This document shows, piece by piece, positions 18,473 through 28,544 of a stretch of 64,000 nt of DNA. This DNA comes from Bacteroidota bacterium. Lineage in GTDB: Bacteria; Bacteroidota; Bacteroidia; Flavobacteriales_F; PHOS-HE28. Location of the stretch: positions 25,792-89,791 of the forward strand of contig JACTMO010000053.1 of NCBI GenBank assembly GCA_014584605.1. Reading direction: 5' to 3'. Made by a program: the position numbers and the translations under genes. Within the stretch, counting starts at the first letter, position 1, and every line of letters begins with the position of its first letter. The notes beneath the pieces were generated by a model. That model saw only the letters and a program-made list of their open reading frames with translations. It was not told where the DNA came from and searched no databases.

Positions 18473-19402
18473 TCAGCGAGCCGACTTCCTGAAGAGGTAC
18501 AACGAGCTGGATGTTGGTCGCTCCGTGAACGCGCTCTTTAAGTTGGACCATGCGCCCAAGAGCACACCGCGCAGCAGGGCCATCACCGGGCCGTGGCCGC
18601 GATAGCGTTCGCTGAGCATGGCGATGTAAGGTGCGTCCAGCCACATGCGTCGCATCGCGACGAGCTCGAATCCATGGGACGACACCAGCCGGAGCATGTC
18701 GCTTCGACGGAAATGCGAGAGGTGGCGCGGTACGTCGTAGGCGGCCCAGTCCGGGCCGTAGTACGCCGCATCCCAGCTGTCGCGATCGGGCACCGCGATC
18801 AGCAGCAGGGCTTGATCGGCCGAGAGCGCATAGAGCCGCTTCAGGGTGCCGCGCAGGTCGGGCAGATGCTCGAGCACATGCCAGAGCGTGACCACATGGA
18901 ACTGTTCGAGCCCGGGTACCAGGTCCAGGCTCGGCACGACCGGGATCGCGTGGTGGGCGATGGCTTGTTCGCGGGCCTTGAGAGCAGGCTCCACCCCGGT
19001 AACGAGATAGCCTTTGCGCTTGAGGTGCCCGAGGAATTCGCCGGTACCGCAACCCACATCGAGCACACGACCATGGGGTCGGTGCTGGGCGACCAGGGCG
19101 TGTTTGCGGTTCAAGGCCCAGCGTCGGGCCAGCTTGTAAAGGCGGTCGCCGAGGGAGCGGCTGCTGTTGCTGTGGCTGATGTAGTCGTCGCTCTCGTAGT
19201 AGCGACCGAGCGCCTGGGCGGCGGGGCGGGGAGAGGTGGAACGAAAGCCGCAGCTGGCGCAGTCCACCAGCTGGAAGCGCTCATGCGAAACGGTGTGGTC
19301 CTCCACCTCGAGCGAGGGCCGTAGATGTTCCGCCTCGCAGAGAGGGCATTGGACCAGGGATTCCAGGCCAGGCGGTTCCACGTGGAACGATCGGTCGTTC
19401 AT
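18473..19402 (-). CDS. Class I SAM-dependent methyltransferase with N-terminal Zn-ribbon
   Basis: CPLC...[22 protein letters not shown] and YDVPRHL motifs; overlaps the mnmG stop (ATGA). Confidence 0.9.
   Translation of the reverse strand: MNDRSFHVEPPGLESLVQCPLCEAEHLRPSLEVEDHTVSHERFQLVDCASCGFRSTSPRPAAQALGRYYESDDYISHSNSSRSLGDRLYKLARRWALNRKHALVAQHRPHGRVLDVGCGTGEFLGHLKRKGYLVTGVEPALKAREQAIAHHAIPVVPSLDLVPGLEQFHVVTLWHVLEHLPDLRGTLKRLYALSADQALLLIAVPDRDSWDAAYYGPDWAAYDVPRHLSHFRRSDMLRLVSSHGFELVAMRRMWLDAPYIAMLSERYRGHGPVMALLRGVLLGAWSNLKSAFTERPTSSSLYLFRKSAR
19375..19388. promoter_or_regulatory. parS site (within methyltransferase CDS)
   Basis: Perfect palindrome GTTCCACGTGGAAC. Confidence 0.85.
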
Positions 19403-21279
19403 CGGCCCATGTAAACGAGCAGGACGCTGATATCGGCGGGAGAGACTCCGCTGATCCGGCTGGCCTGTCCCAGAGTGGTGGGCCTGACCCGGTCCAGCTT
19501 CTGCCGCGCCTCGATGCTCAGCGAACTGAGTTTGTTGTAATCCAGGTCCACATCGAGGGGAACGTGCTCCAGTCGGCTGAGGCGTGAGGCCAAGTCGCGT
19601 TCACGCTCCAGATAGCCCTCGTACTTCACCTGGATCTCCACTTGTTCGATGGCCTCCTCGGCCAGATCTCCTGCCTGGTTGCGCCATTCGGAACGCTGTT
19701 CGAACAGGGGCTCCAGGTCGGCGAAGGTGAGCTGGGGTCGGGCGAGCAGGTCGAACAGGCGTGTGCGTTGTTTCACCGCCGTGGTTCCACGTGGAACGAT
19801 CACGGCGTTGGCGTCTTCCGCCGCAGGGCTTTCGGCCTTGAGCCCGGCCACCAAGGCCTTGCTGAGCCGCTGTTTGTGTTCCACCCGCCGCATGCGCGCG
19901 TCGTCGGCCAGGCCGAGCGCGTGGCTCCGGGGGGTGAGCCGCAGGTCGGCATTGTCCTGGCGCAGCAGGATGCGGAACTCGGCCCGGCTGGTGAACATGC
20001 GGTAGGGTTCCTCGGTGCCCTTGGTGATCAGATCGTCCACCAGCACGCCGATGTAGGCCTCATCCCGGCCCAGCACAAAGGGGTCCGTTCCCCGCACCTT
20101 CAAGTGTGCATTGATGCCCGCCATCAAACCCTGGCAGGCGGCCTCTTCGTAGCCGGTGGTGCCGTTGATCTGCCCGGCGAAGTAGAGCCCGTCCACCAGT
20201 TTGGTCTCCAGGCTGTGCCGCAGCTGGGTGGGGGGAAAATAGTCGTATTCCACGGCATACCCGGGTCGGAACATCCGTGCGTGGGCAAAGCCCGGGATCT
20301 TGCGCAAAGCGGCCAGCTGCACCTCTTCGGGCAGGCTGGTGCTGAAACCGTTGATGTAGGTCTCCACCGTATCCCAGCCCTCCGGCTCCACGAAGATCTG
20401 GTGTCGGTCCTTGTCGGCGAAGCGGTCGATCTTGTCCTCGATGCTCGGGCAATAGCGGGGGCCGATGCCCTGGATACGCCCGTTGAACATGGGGCTCCGG
20501 TCGAAGCCCGTGCGCAGGATGTCGTGCACCTCGGGGCTGGTGTAGGTCATCCAGCAGCTCAACTGCCGCTCCAGCGGTCGGGTGGCGGTGGAGTAGCTGA
20601 ACTTGCCCGGTCGCTCATCCCCGGGCTGTTCCTCCATGGCCCGGTGGTCGATGCTTCGGCCGTCCACCCGGGGGGGGGTGCCGGTCTTCATCCGCCCCGC
20701 CTCGAAGCCCAGCCCCACCAACTGCTCGGTGATGCCGTGGCTGGCCTTCTCGCCGGCGCGTCCACCCCCGATCTGGCGCTCACCGATGTGCATCACCCCG
20801 TTCATGAAGGTGCCGCTGGTGAGCACCACGGCCCGGCAGGGGATCCGCATGCCCAGCCCGGTGACCACACCCGCCACACGACCAGCCTCCAGGAGTATCC
20901 GGGTCACCGTATCCTGCCAGAAATGGACGTTGGGGGTTTGCTCCAGCAGGCGGCGCCATTCGGCCGCGAAGCGGTTGCGGTCGTTCTGGGTGCGGGGGCT
21001 CCACATGGCGGGGCCCTTGCTGCGGTTCAGCATGCGGAACTGCACGGCGCTGCGGTCGCTGACGATGCCGCTGTAGCCTCCCAGCGCATCGATCTCCCGC
21101 ACGATCTGCCCCTTGGCCACACCGCCCATGGCGGGGTTGCAGCTCATCTGCCCGATCACCCCCATGTTCATGGTCACCAGCAACACGCGCGAGCCCAGGT
21201 TGGCCGCTGCGGCAGCGGCCTCACAGCCGGCGTGCCCGCCACCCACCACCACCACGTCGTAGCCTTCGGTCCAGCTCAC
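19399..21279 (-). CDS. mnmG: tRNA uridine-5-carboxymethylaminomethyl modification enzyme MnmG (GidA)
   Basis: [29 protein letters not shown] and [14 protein letters not shown] motifs. Confidence 0.98.
   Translation of the reverse strand: MSWTEGYDVVVVGGGHAGCEAAAAAANLGSRVLLVTMNMGVIGQMSCNPAMGGVAKGQIVREIDALGGYSGIVSDRSAVQFRMLNRSKGPAMWSPRTQNDRNRFAAEWRRLLEQTPNVHFWQDTVTRILLEAGRVAGVVTGLGMRIPCRAVVLTSGTFMNGVMHIGERQIGGGRAGEKASHGITEQLVGLGFEAGRMKTGTPPRVDGRSIDHRAMEEQPGDERPGKFSYSTATRPLERQLSCWMTYTSPEVHDILRTGFDRSPMFNGRIQGIGPRYCPSIEDKIDRFADKDRHQIFVEPEGWDTVETYINGFSTSLPEEVQLAALRKIPGFAHARMFRPGYAVEYDYFPPTQLRHSLETKLVDGLYFAGQINGTTGYEEAACQGLMAGINAHLKVRGTDPFVLGRDEAYIGVLVDDLITKGTEEPYRMFTSRAEFRILLRQDNADLRLTPRSHALGLADDARMRRVEHKQRLSKALVAGLKAESPAAEDANAVIVPRGTTAVKQRTRLFDLLARPQLTFADLEPLFEQRSEWRNQAGDLAEEAIEQVEIQVKYEGYLERERDLASRLSRLEHVPLDVDLDYNKLSSLSIEARQKLDRVRPTTLGQASRISGVSPADISVLLVYMGR
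19784..19797. promoter_or_regulatory. parS site (within mnmG; encodes VPRGT)
   Basis: Perfect palindrome GTTCCACGTGGAAC. Confidence 0.85.
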
Positions 21280-21303
21280 GGTTCGATCGTGGAAAACCCG
21301 GTG

Positions 21304-21319
21304 TGTTCCACGTGGAACG
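21304..21319. promoter_or_regulatory. parS site (upstream of mnmG)
   Basis: TGTTCCACGTGGAACG, flanked by degenerate half-sites (CGTGGAAAA). Confidence 0.85.
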
Positions 21320-21396
21320 ATCGTGGAAAACCGAAGGAGGACGGTTGGTCGAACACCGTTGTGCGGGACGTGGTCATGGGGTGTCCAGCCGGTGGA

Positions 21397-21930
21397 TCAA
21401 CGGCTGTGGTAGAAGATGAGGCTGGCTTTGGCCAGGGTGTTCGCCCAGAGGTTGAAGCTCACCATGGCAGGGCCGGCCTGGGCGTCCAGCCCAAGACGTT
21501 CCACGCCCAAGGCAAACACGGTGATCACGTACCGATGAGTTCCATGCCCCGGGGGCGGGCAGGGTCCACCATACCCCGGTTCGCCGTAGTCGTTGCGGAC
21601 CTGTATGGCCGAGGCGGGCAGGTCCGTGCTGTCGGGGCTTCCGGCCCCGGTGGGCAGGGTGTTGGTGGTGGCGGGCAGATCGAAGACCACCCAGTGCCAC
21701 CACCCGCTGTCGGTGGGCGCATCCGGGTCGTGGATGGTCACCGCAAAGCTCTTGGTACCGGCCGGGGCGTTGGCCCAGCTGAGTTGTGGGCTCAGGTTCC
21801 GGCCGTTGCAGCCCGACCCGTGGTACAGGTGCGGTTCGGTGGCCTGGCCGCCGAGGTCTGCGCTGCTGAGGGTGAAGGTCGGTTGCGGGGTGGGGGACTT
21901 CGCGGGTGGGTTGGCCGGTGGGGCGGGCAT
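21397..21930 (-). CDS. YbhB/YbcL family (PEBP/Raf-kinase-inhibitor-like) protein
   Basis: GCNGRNLSPQLSW, HDPDAPTDSGWWHW and YGGPCPPPGHGTHRY motifs; start uncertain. Confidence 0.9.
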   Translation of the reverse strand: MPAPPANPPAKSPTPQPTFTLSSADLGGQATEPHLYHGSGCNGRNLSPQLSWANAPAGTKSFAVTIHDPDAPTDSGWWHWVVFDLPATTNTLPTGAGSPDSTDLPASAIQVRNDYGEPGYGGPCPPPGHGTHRYVITVFALGVERLGLDAQAGPAMVSFNLWANTLAKASLIFYHSR

Positions 21931-21984
21931 GGTCGGCGAATGGATCCCCGAAGGTAAACCGTCCGGCCCGAGCGTACCGGAGCC

Positions 21985-22065
21985 AAGAGGGGCGTTGGCG
22001 GAATGAAGCCCCCTCCTGTCCGGCAGAACCCTCCGCCGGACCTGGCAAGGAGGGGCCGGGATGGG
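21985..22065. repeat. Solitary REP-like arm of the same family as the 50.8-51.9 kb array
   Basis: CGGAATGAAGCCCCCTCCTGTCCGGCAGAACCCTCCGCCGGACCTGGCAAGGAGGGG, nearly identical to 50949-51005. Confidence 0.85.
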
Positions 22066-22078
22066 ACCCCGGCGTGCA

Positions 22079-23716
22079 TCACAGGATCTCCGCAGGGTCA
22101 TCGACCAGGCGGAAGCTGTCGCCGTCGAAGAGGCCCCGGTCGCTCAGCTTCAGGTGGGGGATCACCAGCAGCGCCATGAAGCTCAGCGTCATGTACGGCG
22201 CAGCGAGGGTGCTGCCGAGTTCCCGGGCCTCGCGGTCCAGCTCGGCGTAGGCGTCGGCCACGGTCCAGGCGTCCGCATCGGTCATGATGCCGGCCACGGG
22301 CAGGGGCAGCACACGGTGGTGGGCACCGTCGGCGAGACTGATGCCGCCCTGGTGCGCGATCACCTGGTTGATGGCGGCACAGAGGTCGTGGTCGTTGGTG
22401 CCCACGGCCACGATGTTGTGGCTGTCGTGGGCCACGCTGCCGGCGATGGCACCGCGCTTGAGCCCGAAGTTGGTGACCCAGGCCACCGCCGGGGGAGCAT
22501 CGCCGTAGCGGTTCACCACGGCGATCTTCAGCAGGTCCTTGGCCGTGTCGGTCACGCATCGACCTTCGACCACGGTGGGGGGCATCCAGCGTTTTCGCGT
22601 GATCAGCTGGCCGTCCAGGACCTCGATCACCAGCAGGTCGCTGGCGCAGGCCGCCACTGCGAAGTCCTCGGGCCGCTTGGCCGTGCAACGGAAGTGGTTG
22701 GGCCGGTCGGCGGGCACGCGGGCAATGAGGCTCCGGCCCTGTTCGGCCACCAGCTGCCCGCGCACCCAGGTGCGTTGTACGCGGAAGTCCGTCAGGTCCT
22801 GCACCTGGATGAGGTCGGCGCCATCGCCGGGGCGCAGCAGGCCCACCGGCATGCGGTAGTGCTCCACGGGGTTGATGCAGGCCGCGCGCAGCACCTGGAA
22901 CACATCGTGGCCCAGGGCCACCGCGCGTGCGCACAGCCGGTCGATGTGACCGGCCACCAGGCTGTCCGGATGTTTGTCGTCGCTGCAGAACATGAGCCTG
23001 GGCGCATGGTCGTGCAGCAGGCCGATCAGCGCCTCGAAGTTCCGGGCGGCGCTGCCTTCGCGCACCAGGATCTTCATGCCGCAGGCCAGCTTGTCCAGCG
23101 CCTCCTCGCGGGTGACGCATTCGTGGTCGGTGCTGATGCCGGCGGCGATGTAGCGCCGGGCCAGCTCACCGCGCAGGCCGGGGGCGTGGCCGTCCACAGG
23201 CTTGCCCAGGCGGTGGGCGTGCGCGATCGCGGCCATCACGCCGGGGTCGCCGTTGAGCACCCCGGGGAAGTTCATCATCTCGGCCAGGTAGCCGATGTCG
23301 GGATCGGCCAGCAGGTTCCCGATCGCCTCCGCGTCGATGCGGGCGCCGGCGGTCTCGAAGGGCGTGGCCGGCACGCAGCTCGGTGCGCCGAAGTGGAAAT
23401 GAAAGGGCACACGCTTGCCGTTGGCGATCATGTACGCCACGCCTTCCGTGCCCAGCACGTTGGCGATCTCGTGCGGGTCGCTCACGGTGGCCACGGTGCC
23501 GTGCACCACCGCCACCCGGGCGAACTCCGAGGGGATGAGCATGCTGCTCTCCACGTGCACATGGGCATCCACGAAGCCCGGCAGCAGGTAGCCCTCCACC
23601 GGCCCGGGCAGCTCGGTGATCGCCGCGATGCGCCCTTCCGCCACGCGCAGCTCCACCGGCACGATGCGCCGTGCGGGGATGTCCACCAGGTTGCCGCGGA
23701 CGGTGAGCTCGGACAT
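22079..23716 (-). CDS. ade: Adenine deaminase
   Basis: FVDAHVHVESSM, DPHEIANV, LAEMMN, DGHAPG, CSDDKHP and SVAHDSHN motifs. Confidence 0.95.
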   Translation of the reverse strand: MSELTVRGNLVDIPARRIVPVELRVAEGRIAAITELPGPVEGYLLPGFVDAHVHVESSMLIPSEFARVAVVHGTVATVSDPHEIANVLGTEGVAYMIANGKRVPFHFHFGAPSCVPATPFETAGARIDAEAIGNLLADPDIGYLAEMMNFPGVLNGDPGVMAAIAHAHRLGKPVDGHAPGLRGELARRYIAAGISTDHECVTREEALDKLACGMKILVREGSAARNFEALIGLLHDHAPRLMFCSDDKHPDSLVAGHIDRLCARAVALGHDVFQVLRAACINPVEHYRMPVGLLRPGDGADLIQVQDLTDFRVQRTWVRGQLVAEQGRSLIARVPADRPNHFRCTAKRPEDFAVAACASDLLVIEVLDGQLITRKRWMPPTVVEGRCVTDTAKDLLKIAVVNRYGDAPPAVAWVTNFGLKRGAIAGSVAHDSHNIVAVGTNDHDLCAAINQVIAHQGGISLADGAHHRVLPLPVAGIMTDADAWTVADAYAELDREARELGSTLAAPYMTLSFMALLVIPHLKLSDRGLFDGDSFRLVDDPAEIL

Positions 23717-23754
23717 GGGGCCAAGGTATCCCGGAACGGGGTGGGTAAGTTCGC

Positions 23755-26185
23755 GTGGTACAGGCGGTGCATCTGCTGCCCGTGGGGGGCGTGGCGGACG
23801 ACCCCATGCGGTACAAGCGGATCCAATACCGCTACGACCTGATCAGCGGCAAGGTGCGGGAGGTGAAGTACCAGGAGGGGCACCACGACCAGTTCTTCCA
23901 CCGGTACGGGTACGATGCGGACAACCGGATCACCAAGGCGGAGACGAGCCTGGACGGCAGCCTGTGGCACACCGACGCGGAGTACTTCTACTACCCGCAC
24001 GGCCCGCTGCAACGGGTGGAACTGGGCGAGCAGAAGGTGCAAGGCATGGACCATGCCTACACCCTGCAGGGCTGGCTGAAGGGCATCAACAGCGAGCTGC
24101 TGACCCCGGAGAACGACATGGGTCTGGATGGCGTGGTGGGAGGCGGGAATGCCAACGAACTCGTGGGCCGGGATGCCTATGGCCTGAGCCTCACGTATCA
24201 TGGCAACGACTATCGCGCCATCGACAATGCCCGCTGGGACAATACCAATGCCCACCGGCCCTTTGCCCCGCAAGCGTGGACCACGCCGGACTGGCATCCG
24301 CTCTACAACGGGAACATCGCCGGCACGGTGCACAGCCTGCAGCCCTTCGGGGTGGGCGGCTGGCAGGGCACGGCGGGCGAAGTGGGGCAGGCGCTGGCGG
24401 GGCTGTACCGTTACGACCAGCTGAACCGCCTCCGCGAGATGCGCACCCGCGCCGGGCTTGACGATGCGACGAACGATTGGACCACACTGCCCACGCCCAC
24501 CGGGCCGGATGCCGAGAAGTACCGCAGCAGCTACACCTACGACGCCAACGGCAACATCCGCACGGCCGACCGCTGGGACCAGGCCGGAGCGCCCTACGAC
24601 GCGCTGGCGTACGGCTACAAGGAAGCCTCCGGGGCCAAACTGCTGCGCAACCGCCTGTACCAGGTGGACGACCTGGCCGACCCGACCAACGCGCTGGTGA
24701 ACGCCGGCCCCGGGGAGCAGGCCGTGGACATCCTCCACACGGGGCCCACGGGCTTCGATCCGCAGGACCAGAACATCGAGACGGCCTACAACTACCGCTA
24801 CGACCAGCTGGGCAACCTGACCCACGACGTGGCGGCGCACATCGACGCCATCGCGTGGACGGCGGCGGGAAAAGTGAGCACTGTGGACCACGCCGCGGGC
24901 CAGGGTCCCGACCTGGCGTTCGGGTACGGGGAGGGCGGGCATCGCATCAGCAAGCAGGTGGGCGGCACGGTGGGCGACCCGGGCACCTACAGGGAGCATT
25001 ACATTCGGGATGCGCAAGGGAACCTCATGGCCACCTACCGGCTGCACCCCAACGGGGCCTTCCGCGTGCAGGAGCGGCCCATCTACGGCAGCAGCCGGGT
25101 GGGCCTTTACGCGGGCAAGGTGGACCTGTACCCGGCCACGCAGCTGGTGCCCATGCCGCAGGTGATCCCGGTGTTCGATGCCTTGCTGCGCTACGAGCTC
25201 ACCGACCACTTGGGCAACGTGGCGGCCGTGGTGACAGGCCGGTTGTTACCGGGTGATGGCGCCCCGCACGAGGCGGAGGTGATCAGCGCGCAGGGGTATG
25301 AACCGTTCGGTTCCCTGTTGCCCGGACGCAACTACAGCAGCGACGCGTATAGGTTCGGGTTCCAGGGGCAGGAGAAGGACAACGAGGTCTATGGAAGCGA
25401 AGGCACCAGCTACGCCTTGGACTACCGCATGCACGATGCCAGGGTCGGAAGGTTCCTGAGCATCGATCCGCTGGCGTTCCTGTTCCCTTGGAATTCACCC
25501 TATGCCTTCAGCGAGAATCGCGTCTTGGACACGGTGGAACTTGAAGGATCGGAAGCGGTACCGACCCCGGACAAGGCAGAAGACCCCAAGTGGGGCCTTC
25601 CTGATGGAGGTGAAGGCTGGACGGAGGGGGGCTCATACGACGACGGGAACGGCTTTTCTTTCAAGAGCTTCAAAGGGCCACGACCGGATCCCGGTGCTGG
25701 GGAGCCCTCGTCTTCGCCTTCTGCGGGGAATGCGCCAAGTCTGTTCCCCAGCGGAAAGCCACCCATTCCTAAGCCCGGGGGAGGCGGAGGCTTCGTGGGC
25801 TGGCGATCTCACAAGGGAGGCCGAACTTTTCATTCAACTACACGCCGCCATCGTCGCCGTTCAACAACCCTTGGATGAGTGGAGCTAACGATGTGAACAC
25901 AGGAATTGGGATAGGCACCGGAGTGGGGAGGCATGTTTGGATACGTCTCAAAACCGGCCCCCCTCAGGTATGCCAGGAACGTCAATGGTGTAACACGTTC
26001 GGCCCCTGTTCTAACGCGAGCGCATACGATCACATCCCTTCGTGCTGCTGCGAAACTGTCGCGGCTGAATGTGATCACCTCAGTACTTGGCACGGGATAC
26101 ACGTTTGGTAAGATCAACCGCGATTATCAACGTGGGGGCTGGAACAATATCAGCAACTGGGATCTATTGGATGCTGCCCTTGGTG
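23755..26185 (+). pseudogene. Rhs-repeat protein fragment: core plus C-terminal extension, N-terminally truncated and frameshifted
   Basis: YELTDHLGNV, YRFGFQGQEKDNE and ARVGRFLSIDPL...SPYAFSENRVLDTVELEG Rhs core. No signal peptide; starts mid-domain. Stop at 25878 arises from indels at G-runs; lower GC after ~25.3 kb. Confidence 0.8.
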
Positions 26186-26920
26186 GCCTTGGCGGCCTCC
26201 CTGCTCACGTTCGTGAGCGGCTTCGGGCTGGGCACCCTGCTGCTGCCGGCCTTCGCGCTCTTCCTGCCGTTGCCGCAGGCCGTGGCGCTCACCGCGGTGG
26301 TGCATCTGCTGAACAACGTCTTCAAGTTCACGCTGCTGCGCCCCCACGTGCACCGGCCCACCCTGCTGGCCTTCGGGCTGCCGGCCATCGCCGGCGCCTT
26401 CCTGGGGGCCTGGCTGCTGGGGCGGCTGGGCACGCTGGAACCCCTCTACCACGGCGCCCGCCACGCGGTGGGGCCCTTGCAGGTCACCATCGCCCTGCTG
26501 ATGGCGCTCTTCGCCCTGCTGGAGCTATCGCCTGCGCTCAAGGGCCTGCGCTTCGATGCGCGCTGGCGCACCGTGGGCGGGCTGGTCAGTGGCCTCTTCG
26601 GCGGGCTCAGCGGCCACCAGGGGGCGCTGCGCAGCATGTTCCTCGTACACGGGGGGCTGACCCCGGAGGGTTACGTGGCCACGGGCACGGCGATCGCCCT
26701 GTTGGTGGACCTGGCGCGCATCCCGGTGTACCTCGCGGCGCTGGACATCGCGGCGCTGCGCTTGCATGCGGGGCTGCTTGCGGTGTGCGTGCTCGCCGCC
26801 TTTGCTGGCGCATGGTGGGGACGCAAGCTGCTGCCCTCCCTCACGTACCGCGGGGTGCAGCTCGCCGTGGCGGTGCTGCTGCTGGCCATCGCCGCAGGCT
26901 TGCTGGCGGGGCTGATCTGA
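26171..26920 (+). CDS. TauE/SafE (TSUP) family membrane transporter
   Basis: AASLLTFVSGFGLGTLLLP and SGLFGGLSGHQGALRS motifs; about 8 TM segments. Confidence 0.85.
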   Translation: MLPLVALAASLLTFVSGFGLGTLLLPAFALFLPLPQAVALTAVVHLLNNVFKFTLLRPHVHRPTLLAFGLPAIAGAFLGAWLLGRLGTLEPLYHGARHAVGPLQVTIALLMALFALLELSPALKGLRFDARWRTVGGLVSGLFGGLSGHQGALRSMFLVHGGLTPEGYVATGTAIALLVDLARIPVYLAALDIAALRLHAGLLAVCVLAAFAGAWWGRKLLPSLTYRGVQLAVAVLLLAIAAGLLAGLI

Positions 26921-26923
26921 GGC

Positions 26924-28465
26924 CTACAGCGGGATGTTCCCGTGCTTCTTGCGCGGCAGGCGGTCCACCTTGTTGCGGAGCATGCGCAGGGCGTGCATCA
27001 CCTTGATGCGCGTTTCGCTGGGGCGGATCACCTCGTCCACGTAGCCGCGTGCCGCCGCCTCGTACGGATTGGCGAACTGCTCCTTGTACTCGGCTTCCTT
27101 CTCCTGCCATTTGGCCTGGGGGTCCTTGGCCTTGGCGATCTCGTTCTTGAAGATGATCTCGGCGGCACCCTTGGCTCCCATCACGGCGATCTCCGCACTG
27201 GGCCAGGCGTAGTTCATGTCGCAGCCGATGTGCTTGCTGTTCATCACGTCGTAGGCGCCCCCGTAGGCCTTGCGGGTGATGACGGTGATGCGGGGCACGG
27301 TGGCCTCGCTGAAGGCGTAGAGCAGCTTGGCGCCGTGGTCGATGATACCGCGCCACTCCTGGTCCGTACCGGGCAGGAAGCCGGGCACGTCCACGAACAC
27401 GAGCAGGGGGATGTTGAAGGCGTCGCAGAAACGCACGAAGCGCGCGGCCTTGATGCTGGCATCGATGTCGAGCACACCGGCGAGCACGGCCGGCTGGTTG
27501 GCCACACAGCCCACGGTGCGGCCCTCCACACGGGCGAACCCGATCACCATGTTGCGGGCGTAGTCGGCGTGCACCTCCATGCTGCTGTCGGGGTCGATCA
27601 CCGCGTTCATCACCTGGCGGATGTCGTAGGGCTGGTTGGGGTTGGCCGGGATGATGCTGTCGAGCTCGGGCCGCCGTTCGTCGCCGGCGGTGTAGGGGAG
27701 CGCGGGCGGCTCCTCCTCGCAATTGCCGGGGATGAAGGACACCAGGCGGCGCAGGGCCTGCAGCGCCTCCAGCTCGTTGGGCGCGGTGAAGTGCGCCACC
27801 CCGCTCTTGCCGGCGTGGGTGGCGGCGCCGCCGAGCTCCTCGGCGGTCACCGTCTCGTGCGTCACGGTCTTCACCACGTTGGGCCCGGTGACGAACATGT
27901 AGCTGGTGCCCTCCACCATGAGCACGAAGTCCGTGAGCGCCGGGCTGTACACCGCGCCGCCGGCACAGGGCCCCATGATGGCGCTGATCTGCGGCACCAC
28001 CCCGCTGCTGCGCACGTTGCGGAAGAAGATGTCCGCGTAGCCGCCCAGGCTCACCACGCCTTCCTGGATGCGGGCGCCGCCGCTGTCGTTGAGGCCGATC
28101 ACCGGGGCCCCGTTCTGCATGGCCAGGTCCATGATGCGGCAGATCTTCTCGGCATGCGCCTCGGCCAGCGAGCCGCCCAGCACGGTGAAGTCCTGGCTGA
28201 AGACGTACACCAGGCGCCCCTCGATGGTGCCGTAGCCGGTGACCACTCCGTCGCCCAGGAACACCTGGTCGGCCAGCCCGAAGTTGGTGCTGCGGTGGGT
28301 CACCAGCTGGCCGATCTCCTGAAAGCTGCCCTCGTCCAAGAGCATGTCCACCCGCTCGCGCGCGGTGAGCTTGCCCTTCTTGTGCTGGGCGGCGATGCGG
28401 TCCGGGCCACCGCCCTGGAGGGCCTGCTCGGTGCGTTCGGCGAGGGTCTTGAAGGCGTCGTTCAT
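26924..28465 (-). CDS. pccB: Acyl-CoA (propionyl-CoA) carboxylase carboxyltransferase beta subunit
   Basis: [38 protein letters not shown] and KKHGNIPL motifs; start at ATG 28465. Confidence 0.9.
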   Translation of the reverse strand: MNDAFKTLAERTEQALQGGGPDRIAAQHKKGKLTARERVDMLLDEGSFQEIGQLVTHRSTNFGLADQVFLGDGVVTGYGTIEGRLVYVFSQDFTVLGGSLAEAHAEKICRIMDLAMQNGAPVIGLNDSGGARIQEGVVSLGGYADIFFRNVRSSGVVPQISAIMGPCAGGAVYSPALTDFVLMVEGTSYMFVTGPNVVKTVTHETVTAEELGGAATHAGKSGVAHFTAPNELEALQALRRLVSFIPGNCEEEPPALPYTAGDERRPELDSIIPANPNQPYDIRQVMNAVIDPDSSMEVHADYARNMVIGFARVEGRTVGCVANQPAVLAGVLDIDASIKAARFVRFCDAFNIPLLVFVDVPGFLPGTDQEWRGIIDHGAKLLYAFSEATVPRITVITRKAYGGAYDVMNSKHIGCDMNYAWPSAEIAVMGAKGAAEIIFKNEIAKAKDPQAKWQEKEAEYKEQFANPYEAAARGYVDEVIRPSETRIKVMHALRMLRNKVDRLPRKKHGNIPL

Positions 28466-28544
28466 CGGCGGGGCGGGATGCAGGGGCGGCCAAGTTAACG
28501 GGCGGGGGCATGGCCCGGCGTGCCGCGTCGCGTACTTTGCGGGC

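Noticed and set aside
25933-27006. 357-aa ORF as a real gene or Rhs immunity protein
   Set aside because: Its first ~85 aa are the frameshifted Rhs extension and the rest is an off-frame reading of tauE.
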